A DNA stretch of 64,000 nucleotides, taken from assembly GCF_001194135.2 (NCBI RefSeq), contig NC_068981.1, positions 99,881,214-99,945,213 of the forward strand, given 5' to 3'. Below the pieces are notes generated by a model. That model was not told the DNA's origin. It ran no database searches and saw only the letters and a program-made list of their open reading frames with translations. Positions within the stretch are counted from its first letter, which is position 1, and every line of letters starts with the position of its first letter. The translations under genes and the position numbers were made by a program. This DNA is from Octopus bimaculoides. Taxonomy: Eukaryota. This document shows, piece after piece, positions 11,783 to 21,905 of this stretch.

Positions 11783-12892
11783 AAATAGTTACATTGGAGA
11801 GAAAACTTCATTATAGACTCTTAATACTTTGACTGAGATTGTTTTTAGCAACCCTAATAAGACTACAATGTGAATATCTGTAGGTAAATGCAGGGAACCA
11901 AATAGAAATAGATGACACATTGGGATATTTTCCCAACTTCAATTAAGTTTCAGTCAATATTAACTCCAGACTAGCAATCTTATTGTTAAAATATGATGAA
12001 CCAAATAAAATATAAAATAACAACAAAAAAAGGAAGAAAAGAAAACTAATCATCATTTATTTATTATTAAATCAATAAAACAAAATTTTATGAAATTTAA
12101 AAAATAATTAGCAATATTTTATGTAGGTATGAAACTTTAAAATTGTAGGGGAAGCAAAATACAAAGTTGCAACCCACATTTGAACCTTTTCTAATCACAT
12201 GAAATACACATGCAACAGTCACAATTGGAAAATTTCAAATTTCTTTCTCTGAAAATGTAGTTACACTGTAATTACTATGCTATAATTAAAAACGGTATTA
12301 TATAACTTTGTTTTTTTATTAGGTACAAACTGAAAATTTTATATGGAAAGGAAAATGAGATGCAATATTTGTGCTTTTTCCAAGACTTTAACAATATAAT
12401 GATGTGAATTCTCTTCAACCAAGCAGCAAAATTAGTTCGTGTATTTGACTTGTGGGAAGCTTACTTCTTGTTATATAGTGGTTAACAGTAAATAATAGTA
12501 TAACTATTTCATTTGGTTGGCTATAAAGATAATTTTGGAAATAGAGGTGTATATTTAATTAACTGTTCAACAGTTAGTTAACTGTATCAACAAGACTGAG
12601 GCCTCCCCTGGTTCAATGATACAAAACCATTAATTTTAAAGTATTTAAATATTTAATTTAAAACCTTCATTCATAATATTTATGGAAGAATCTTTTGTGA
12701 AGTCATGTTCCACATAACAGTTTAACAACAATAAATGTTAGCCCTTAGGATTATTTATTATTTTCAAAACGAACTACAATATATAGATAATGAAATACGG
12801 CCATAAAAAGGGTTAAACTGATTTCAGTATATTACTATTTTTCACAACCACATAGGAATGAAATAGGAAGCTGAGTTCAGTGAGATTTCAAT

Positions 12893-13401
12893 TTAACCCT
12901 TATGTATTCAGATTATCAAATGTAATGCTTAGGGTCATAGCCCAACTAATTACGGAGAGAGTCAGTCTAGATGAGATGCAGTTTGGGTTCATGCCAGGGA
13001 AAAGCACCACTGATGCTATATTTCTGGTAAGACAACTGCAGGAGAAATACCTAGCCAAAGATAAACCTCTGTACCTGGCTTTCGTTGACATGGAGAAAGC
13101 CTTTGACAGGGTCCCCCAACCCCTTATCTGGTGGTCAATGCAGAAACTAGGGACAGATGAGTAGTTAGTGACAGCTGTACAAGCCATGTGCAGGGATGCT
13201 GTCAGTAAGGTGAGGGTTGGCAACAACCTTGATTAGAATTAATCATGCATTGTCTTGTAGCTTTGATATTTCAATGATTTGACTATATTTTTACAATGAC
13301 ATTCTTACGTAGGTGTGAGAAGCCAGATCTGACCAGTTTGAACATAAAACATGTAGAAAATTTTGAGCCGGATATGGCCGGTTTAAATGCTAGAGGATTA
13401 A
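12893..13401 (+). mobile_element. piggyBac-like MITE family 1 interrupted by an RTE fragment
   Basis: Left part 12893-12930 and right part 13236-13401 match the family. Both ends carry TTAA. Confidence 0.75.
12931..13226 (+). mobile_element. 296-bp RTE reverse transcriptase fragment copied from 15822-16117
   Basis: RVIAQLITERVSLDEMQFGFMPGKSTTDAIFLVRQLQEKYLAKDKPLYLAFVDMEKAFDRVP. About 11 differences from the copy at 15822, including a shared TAG stop. Confidence 0.9.
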
Positions 13402-14395
13402 AGTAACGATGAACTGGACTAGATAAAATAAAAGAAGACAATAAAAACAGGCAATCAATCAAGTATTATACTGTTTCAATCATCTCCAAAGCACTAAACA
13501 GTGAATTAATTTATTTGTGACAAATGTTCAGTTTAATTATTAATTTTCTACAATCAAAATTTATTTTTACATTCTATAATGCCATGAGATAGTACAGGAT
13601 ACAGGAACACCCCACATTACGGAAACAATGTTTCCTGAAAAACTTGGTGTAATGCAGAATCCTGTAATTCAAAATTAACTTTACCATTGATTTTCAAGTT
13701 ATTAAGTGATAGTGTGTTTCAAGGTATTATTTTTGCCCCCACCTCCTAAAAAAAAAACAAACAAGCAACATGACCAGTTTTATGCATGAAACTAATAATT
13801 TCTATACATACACAGAGCAATATGTATACTTAACATTTGAAGAGAAATAGGTTAGGGAATAAATAAGAATCATAATAGGGTATGTTCTTATCACAAATGA
13901 TGTTCACTATGTGAGGGATGGTGAGGGTATGAGAGCCATTAGGAGGAGAAATGACACTGCTTTTATCTTACAATTCATCATTATCATCATCTGCTTGAGA
14001 GTGAAGAACCTAGCCAAAGTTTGATCTTATGTCAAGGCTGAGCTGTGCATCGTAACCCTCACATTAGATCTATGGAAAGATAACGTCCAAGCAGTTGATA
14101 GAGTAACTTTTTGGGCGTTTGACTTAATTTTCTCTCTCTTGTCCCATAATGTTCCCATTGTAGATGTCACAAGCTTTAATGTTTTGGCAACACAGAGGCA
14201 TAGAGAAGGCCTTCAGAGATCAATTAATTCTCCATTAAATCCTAAATTAACTGAAAATAAATTTGATTTGAGTATCAAGCTCATAGTTCAGAATGTAAAC
14301 TACAGTTAGTTAATTTAAAATAATCTGAGAAATTTACAAGAACTATCCACCTATTTCATCATGAAATGAAGAAGAAGTTTCACAACATAATTAAG

Positions 14396-14433
<38 letters not shown>

Positions 14434-15257
14434 TAATTATCAGTGACAGAAGCAGTATTAATACCAAAATGTAATCTTTATATCCAACCTAATAAGGATG
14501 TCTTGTTAGAACACTGAATAATGCATAATTAGTCTTGAGAGATCCTCTTATATAGGTGCTTGGTGTGTAAAAGCACACACATAGATCATAGCAGATGAGA
14601 ATTGTCTGTCATGCCATGCGATTTTATTCAACTTGAAATCATCAGAGGTAAACGTCCAGTCACCACATACCAGTCGAATCTTGCTTCAATATATAAAATA
14701 TGAGCTTCTTTTCAGACACTAATGTCACAAATAGCCAGCAGGCTTATCAAAAATTAATTATTAGTGACAGAATCAGCATTTATGCCAAAAGGTATTAATA
14801 GGCACCTGGTACATAAAAACACACACATAAATCATCGCGCCTATTTTGAGAGGATCTTCTGAGGCTAATAACACAATATTCAGTGTTCTAACAAGGCATC
14901 CATTTTAAGTTGGATAGAGAGATTACCATTTTGTATTAATACTGCTTCTGTTGCTGATAATTAATTTTTGATAAGCCTGCTGGGTATTTTCAACATCAGT
15001 GTCTGAAAAGCTGCTGGTATTCAATATATTTTAGCAGTCAGATTTGACTGGCATGTGGTGACCAGACACTTCTCACTGACAATTTTCAGTTAAGTGAAAT
15101 CATGTGATATGGGAATTCCAACAACCATGACAAGACAACTCTTGTCTTCTATAACTGGTGTGTGTGCTTGTATGCACCTATATGAGAGGATCTCTCAAGG
15201 CTAATGATGCAGTGTTCAGTGCTCTAACAAGACATCCATGCTAAGTTGGATATAAAG

Positions 15258-15260
<3 letters not shown>
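14434..15260. mobile_element. Inverted pair of terminally redundant ~320-335 bp repeat units between two (TA)n tracts; retrozyme- or Penelope pLTR-like
   Basis: Arm A (14434-14835) restarts with period 321 (taattatcagtgacagaag at 14434, taattattagtgacagaat at 14755). Arm B (14837-15260) is the reverse complement with period 336 (ttggatagagagatt at 14910, ttggatataaagatt at 15246). The junction is cgcg. Confidence 0.7.
15070..15115 (+). ncRNA. Decayed type I hammerhead-ribozyme-like motif in arm B
   Basis: Stem I TTCTCA/TGGGAA, core CTGACAA (CpG-decayed CTGACGA), 13-nt stem II region, GAAA, stem III ATC-ATGT-GAT, predicted cleavage after A15109. The canonical G10.1-C11.1 pair is absent. Confidence 0.35.
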
Positions 15261-15293
<33 letters not shown>

Positions 15294-15361
15294 ATCAAAA
15301 TACAAAATGGCTGGTCATTAGTAAGGAAAGACACACAAATAAGAAAGAAGAAAGCAAAGGA

Positions 15362-15401
15362 CCACTGATGAGGTCACAGAGGTGTGACGAAAGAACTCTG
15401 G
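15362..15401 (+). ncRNA. Minimal type I hammerhead-ribozyme-like motif (Penelope-associated type)
   Basis: CCA CTGATGA G GTCAC agaggt GTGAC GAAA G aa C TC TGG: perfect 5-bp stem II, 2-bp stem III, CUC cleavage triplet, 3-bp stem I. Followed by aataaa near 15422. Confidence 0.6.
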
Positions 15402-15564
15402 CTGAAATATGATTAATGTAAAATAAAGCTGAAGCAAATTAACACCACATATATAGTGCGTGCGTTTTTATTGGCTAAACTGGCAACATGACCATCCCCA
15501 AATACAACAATATCTGTTTCAACACACGATTTCACATCAAGAATATTGCAAAACGAATATATAA

Positions 15565-15605
<41 letters not shown>

Positions 15606-15767
15606 AATTTCACTAGTTTTGGATTGTCCTGATAATGTTGTGCTAACATATATTTTCAGAAATATTAATATTAATGAGGTTTTCTCAATATGTGTATGTG
15701 TAAGTGTGTGTAAATAGCAAGCAAAATTAAAAATATGAAATGGTGAAAATTTACCCATCACACCCTT

Positions 15768-16783
15768 ATGAATAATTACAGAGGTATCAAGTTGTTGGAT
15801 CAGTTAATGAAAGCCATGGAGAGGGTCATAGCCCAACTAATTACGGAGAGAGTCAGTCTAGATGAGATGCATTTTGGGTTCATGCCAGGAAAAAGCACCA
15901 CTGATGTTATATTTCTGGTAAGACAGCTGCAGGAGAAATATCTAGCCAAAGATAAACCTCTGTACTTGGCTTTCGTTGACATGGAGAAAGCTTTTGACAG
16001 GGTCCCCCGATCCCTTATCTGGTGGTCAATGCGGAAACTAGGGACAGATGAGTAGTTAGCGACAGCTGTACAAGCCATGTGCAGGGATGCTGTCAGTAAG
16101 GTGAGGGTTGGCAACAAGTACAGTGAAGAATTCCAGGTAGGGATAGGGGTCCACCAAAGATCAATCCTCAGCCCCCTCTTATTCATCATAGTCCTCCAGG
16201 CAATAACAGATGAATTTAAGACAGAATGCCCCCGAGAGCTTCTCTATGCTGATGACCTTGCTCTAATTGCTGAGTCACTATCAGAACTAGAGAAGTTTCA
16301 GGTGTGGAAGCAAAGTTTAGAATTGAAGGGACTTAGAGTCAATCTAGCAAAATCCAAAGTCTTAATAAGTAGGAAGGCAGACAAACCACAAATCCCTTCA
16401 GGTAGATGGCCCTGCTCGATCTGTAGAAAAGGTATGGGTGGAAACTCCATAAGATGTACCTGGTGCAAGCTATGGATACAGAAGAGGTGCAGCAATATCA
16501 AAGGAAGGCTAACTGAAAGCATAACAGCTAGAATAAGAATAGCCTAAGCGAAGTTCAAAGAGCTCCTACCTCTGCTGGTGACAAAGGGCCTCTCTCTCAG
16601 AGTAAAAGGTAGACTGTATGACGCATGTGTATAAACAGCCATGCTACATGGCAGTGNNNNNNNNNNGTAAAAGGTAGACTGTATGACGCATGTGTATAAA
16701 CAGCCATGCTACATGGCAGTGAAACATGGGCAGTGACTGCTGAGGACATGCATAAGCTTGCAAGGAATGAAGGAATTCCTTGC

Positions 16784-16824
<41 letters not shown>

Positions 16825-17842
16825 CGCATGTGTGTACATACACACTTGAAAGGAATTCCGCCAATGTTGACTCTGCTGGTGCAAACATGATAGAGTGTAA
16901 GCGCTCTGAGAGAAAAGTTGGACATAAGAAGCATCAGATGTGGTGTGCAAGAGAGACAATTGCGCTGGTATGGTCATGTGTTGTGTATGAATGAGGACAG
17001 CTGTGTGAAAAAGTGTCACACCCTAGCAGTAGAGGGAAACTGTGGAAGAGGTAGACCCAGGAAGGCCTGAGATGAGGTGGCAAAGCACGACCTTCGAATG
17101 TTGGGCTTCACCGAGACAATGACAAGTGATTGACACCTTTGGAGATACGCTGTGCTTGAGAAGACCCGACAACCCAAGTGAGACCATAACCATGGCCTAT
17201 GCCAGTGCAGTATAACCAGCCCATTTAAGAGTACCCTTCAATCATTGAGCAATAAACTGCACTTGAGAAGACCTGTTGAGGCAAGCAAAGTCATTGTCAT
17301 GGCTGATGATAGTACTGCCTGATTGGCACTCATGCCAGTGACATGTATAAAGCACGATTCAAGCGTCGACAATGCCAGTGCCACCTGACTGGTCCTGTGC
17401 TGGTGGCACATAAAAAGCACCATTCAAGCGTGGTCATTGCTATTGCCGCTTGACTGGCTCCTGTGCCAGTGACATGTAAAAAAGACCATTCAAACATGGT
17501 CAATGCCAGTGCTGGCTGACTGGTCCCATGACAGTTGCATGTAAAGAGCACCATTCGAGTGTAGTCGTTGCCAGTGCTGTCTGACTGGTTCCCATGCTGG
17601 TGGCATGTATAAAGCACCATCCAAGCATGGCCAATGCCAGTACCGCCTGACTGGCCCTCATGCTGGTGGCACATAAAAAGCACCCACTACACTCTCGGAG
17701 TGGTTGGCATTAGGAAGGGCATTCAGCTGTAGCAACTTTACCAGATTGGATTGGAGCCTGGTGCAGCCTTCTGGCTTGCCAGCCCTCATTCAACCCATGT
17801 CAGTATGGAAAGCAGATGCTAAACAATGATGATGATGATGAT
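15768..17842 (+). mobile_element. 5'-truncated decayed RTE-clade LINE (RT domain, C-terminal region, 3' UTR with tandem ~60-bp units, (GAT)n tail)
   Basis: NYRGIKLL..FGFMPGKSTTD..FVDMEKAFDRVP..GVHQRSILSPLLF..LLYADDL..; stops and frameshifts present; ends aaacaatgatgatgatgatgat. Confidence 0.92.
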
Positions 17843-18529
17843 ACACAGAGAAGATAGGCAGTTCTTTCCACTTCTGTTTCTTCATTTTCTTTCCCAAATC
17901 ACCTTTTGTCTCTTTGTTGAAGAAACTTTTATATTGAAGACACTAACCACTAATCTATGTTGAGTAGCACACTCTCTACCTGAGAAAGATTTGACATATA
18001 CAATCAGCCACCTATCCCATTTCTTTAAGAGAATAAAATTTATCTGGTTTGGGTCCTCCCTTGGTTGGGTGATTTTTTTAAAGTTTGTTGTGTGTGGGTA
18101 TGTGTGTATGTTTGAAATGTGTATGTATGTGTGTAGAGACACACATGCACACGCACTTATATACATGTATACACACACACAGACATGTATGTATGTATGT
18201 ATGCTTGTGTGTGTGTGCCTATACATATGTACACCTATTCTCAATGGGATATTACTATAAAGATTTTCATTCATTATTTTTTATGGCTTTGTCAGAAAAA
18301 TTAGGTCAGTACCCATGATGTCTTTTTGCACAAATTTTGACTCTCGCAGCGGAAAAATGCTAAAGGATTAGTCCAAATGCATGCAAGAGAATGGACTTTA
18401 GTAAAATACCCAAGGCTAGGTGGTGATTAAACTGAGCAATAGCCAAATTCTGTACCCCACTGCACAGTCCATCTGACGTTCTTTCAGTTTTTTTTCTACC
18501 TAATTTCTTTCACAAGGCTTGGTAGATAC

Positions 18530-18814
18530 TTAACCCATTACCTACCAGTGATCTCATATGGGATCACTTAAAAATTACAAATTTCGTAATTATCTGTCAA
18601 TATTTACACATATCTAACCTTTTTGCTATATCTACTAGGTATATTTCTTTGATATTCAAATGAGGTTTGCTAATTTTTCACCCAATATCTCGCTTATTTC
18701 TATTTAAAATGTTATTTTGATCATTCCAACGTGTTTCTAAGGCTGTTTTACGCTAGAAATCAAAGTTTCATTAAAAAATTCCAGTAAATAGAATTATGGG
18801 AGGTAATGGGTTAA
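18530..18814. mobile_element. piggyBac-like MITE family 2 (277 bp between TTAA sites)
   Basis: TIR ttaacccattacct(a/c)cca at both ends. Confidence 0.75.
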
Positions 18815-19185
18815 AGATATTTAAAGTGGTGTGTAGGTGAATTCCACACCAAATCGAACTTTTTAATTACATTGCTCAGCCTGTTTCTTTATACTTCTAG
18901 TAGGTTTTTATGTTTGCAGTGGTACCTGCAAATATATCGTTTGGCCAAACCCTTTTAATCATTCAGGAATTGATAATGTAAATAAAAGCTAAATTCTGGA
19001 ATGAATTTAATCAACTTCATATAAAAAATCTTCCAGACTTCTTCAGTCAAGCAACTATGAACAGGAATCCTAAAAGTGTCATGTTTTAAGAACGGATTAG
19101 TGCGTTAACTTCAAACAGCTAAAATACTGGGTTTTTATTCCACCCAACTTTCCCCTACATTTTCATATATGAAATAATTGTTTCT

Positions 19186-19425
19186 AATTTAGGCACAAGG
19201 CCGGCAGTTTTGAGGTGAAGAGTTTTGTTGATACAAATGAACTCCATCCCCACACATCTGAAATTTCGTCCCAGCCTACTTTGTGAGTTTAAATTCCGCT
19301 GAGGTCGACTTTGCCTTTCATCCTTTTGGGGTCGATAAAATAAGTACTAGTTTAGCACTCTGGTCGATGTAATCGACTTACTCCTTCCCTCAAAATTGCT
19401 GGCCTTGAGCCAAATTGTGAAATCA
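19186..19425. mobile_element. SINE-B copy with an inverted second 3' end (fold-back)
   Basis: aatttaggcacaaggccggcagttttgagg ... cctcaaaattgctggccttgagccaaatt. Confidence 0.65.
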
Positions 19426-20196
19426 CTATTATAAACTTAATTTCTACTCTGTAATGATACCATTCTACACTGCCTCTACTTGCAACATCTTCACTAAAAA
19501 ATATTTAATCCTTAATTTCAAACACCTCTAAATAGGTGACTCTAACTAACATTCGACTTTATTTAATCGGATGAACGTAAAGATAAATAGGAGATGCACA
19601 TGCAATCCAAAATGTTACATGGGACGTCACTCTTATATACCATAAAAGAAAATAATCAGGAGTTATTTCCCTTATATCAGTAATTATTTTCTTTCGTGCT
19701 GGCTGGACTCGCCTACACCAAATCAAAACACACACATAATTCTCCTGCGCGTAAGTTCTACACACTTCCTTGTAATTAAGAATAGAAACGAGCTATATAC
19801 GTTATAGGCCTTTTGTAATAAGAGGTGACATTACCAAATAGGTAATGTAATGGACTTAAAAGATTCTAGTACATCATATAAGAAGGAAATAACTACTCAA
19901 TTCTAACATATAAAGTTAGTGAGCGAACACAATGTTTTATCTGCAGGTGATGGCTTCTATGTCAGTTCCAACAGAATAAATTATCATAGATACAGTGAAT
20001 ATTTAGACTGGGGTATGAATATTGTAAAATTAAACAGTCAGAAGTCTTTTTTGTATTTCTTCCCACTCTGCAGTTTGGCTAACATCTCTGAAGTTAATAT
20101 AGACTTCATACCTGTAGAGACAAATACTGTATTCCTTTATACACTTTGGCAGACAGACTACTAGGGGCAAAATCATGTATAGCCAAAGTATATTAG

Positions 20197-20408
20197 TTTC
20201 AAATTTTGGCACAAGGCCAGCAACTTCAGGGAAGGAGTAAGTCAACTACATTGACTCCATTGTTCAACTGGTACTTATTTTATTGACCCCCAAAAGGATG
20301 AATGGCAAAGTCAGTTCTGGTGGCATTTGAACTAAATAACATAATGTCAAAGAACTTCCACTAAGCATTTTTTCTGGCATGGTAACAATTCTGTCAGCTT
20401 GCCACCTT
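20197..20408 (-). mobile_element. SINE family B
   Basis: Same consensus as the copies at 331-1192. Confidence 0.8.
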
Positions 20409-20839
20409 ATGTATAGTGAAAATGCAGTAAGTCTTGGTTGCATAGGTAAAAAATTCGTAATAGCAGAACGATTATACCTGTTTATTAATACTGGAGTTGC
20501 TGCGCAATTAGAATAGAGACTGAGCATTTTTCATCATCACCACCACCATCATTATTATCATTTTAATGTCTACATTTCTAAGGTTGTAACAGTCAGGCAG
20601 AATTCTTCAAGGCAGGTTCTCTACAATTGAATGCTCTTCCTCTAGCAAACCTTCACCTGTTTCTAAGCAAGGTAATATTTTCTCCATGGCTGGACATTTT
20701 TTCACAGAAAATTGGAAATGAGGGACTCTGCTTACATGAAAGTGATATTTTATAAAATATTCTGTGATGTCAAGACAAAGAGACACATATGCACATGCAT
20801 GCGCATGTGCACACATACACACACACACAAGCGTATACA

Positions 20840-21000
20840 ATAGAATCCTTTTAGTTTCCATCCATCAAATACATCCACAATGTTTTAGTCAGCCTGAGGC
20901 TCTAGTAGAAAACGTTTTCCCAAGGTGCCATGCAATAGAACTAAACCCAAAACCATATGGTTGAGAAGCAAATCTTATACATACATAGCCATGCTTGCAC
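20840..21000 (-). mobile_element. SINE family A 5' half
   Basis: ttttagtttccatccatcaaat..cctgaggctctagtagaaaac..cccaaggtgccatg..catggttgagaagcaa. Confidence 0.7.
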
Positions 21001-21037
21001 CTATTCTAGATGATCATACTTGTTAGTTACGTATTCA

Positions 21038-21267
21038 TTCACTCTTTATCATTCAGATTACTCTATCAAATATAATGGTTATTTATTCACATTGTTCTGA
21101 ATTAATTATGCATTATCTCATAGCTTTAAGATTTTGATGAAGTAATTGTTTTATTTTTTTTAATGACATTGTAAGATAGGTGCAAGAGGCCAGATCTTGA
21201 TAGTCTGAACCTAAAACAGGTAAAATATTTGAGCTAGATATGGCCAGTTTAAATGCTAAAGGGTTAA
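21038..21267 (+). mobile_element. piggyBac-like MITE family 1
   Basis: Same interior, right end aaatgctaaagggttaa. Confidence 0.7.
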
Positions 21268-21447
21268 AATAGCTTACTGTTGCTTGTCAAAGAAAACAGT
21301 AAAGAGCAGCATTTAAAAAATGAAACTATTTCTTGTGTTGTAGTAGTGGTAGAAGTAAGGAATAAAAAGGAGACTACTACAATGTTTACCATTGGTGGTT
21401 TTGTTGTGGCAAAAAATTACTTGAGAAAGTTAAAACATTTTTAGTTT

Positions 21448-21519
21448 TCCCTTGTGGTCTAGTGGTTAGGATTCCTGGCTTTCATCCAGGAGGCTCGGGT
21501 TCGATTCCTGGCATGGAAA
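21448..21519 (+). tRNA. trnE-TTC: tRNA-Glu(TTC), probably a pseudogene
   Basis: tcccttgtggtctagtggttaggattcctggctttcatccaggaggctcgggttcgattcctggcatggaaa. Anticodon arm CCTGG-CT-TTC-AT-CCAGG, intact A and B boxes, two acceptor-stem mismatches. Confidence 0.8.
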
Positions 21520-21537
21520 TGTGTCTTTCTTTTAGAC

Positions 21538-21905
21538 ACAGGCATGGTTGTGTGGTAAGAGGCTTGCTTCCCAACCACATGGTTCTGCGTTTACGCCTAC
21601 TGCATGACACCTTGCATGTCTGACTATATCTTCAAGCCAACCAAAGCCTTGTGAGTGGATTTGGTGAATGGAAACTGAAAGAAACCTGTTCTGTGTATGT
21701 GTGTGTTTGTTCCCCACCACCACTTGACAACCAATGTTGGTGTGTTTACATCCCTTTATCTTAGTAGTTCAGTAAAAGAGACCGATAAAATAAGTACCAA
21801 GCTTAAAAATGTGTTGGGGCTGATCCATTCAACTAAAAATCCTTCAAGGCGGTGCCCCAGTGTGGCCACAGTATAATGGCTGAAACAAGTAAAAGATAAA
21901 AAATA
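21538..21905 (+). mobile_element. SINE family A immediately downstream of tRNA-Glu
   Basis: caggcatggttgtgtggtaagaggcttgcttcccaacc...gctgaaacaagtaaaagataaa. Confidence 0.85.

Noticed and set aside
14025-14310. About 94-codon stop-free plus-strand frame without ATG (SYVKAELCIVTLTLDLWKD...)
   Set aside because: No recognisable domain or clear splice pair; frames of this length are expected by chance in 64 kb.
16602-16721. Exact 55-bp tandem duplication inside the RTE
   Set aside because: The two copies flank a 10-N gap, so this is almost certainly a contig-overlap artefact.
17330-17700. Regularly spaced repeats superficially like a CRISPR array
   Set aside because: The whole units are homologous with no unique spacers, the context is a eukaryotic LINE 3' UTR, and there are no cas genes.
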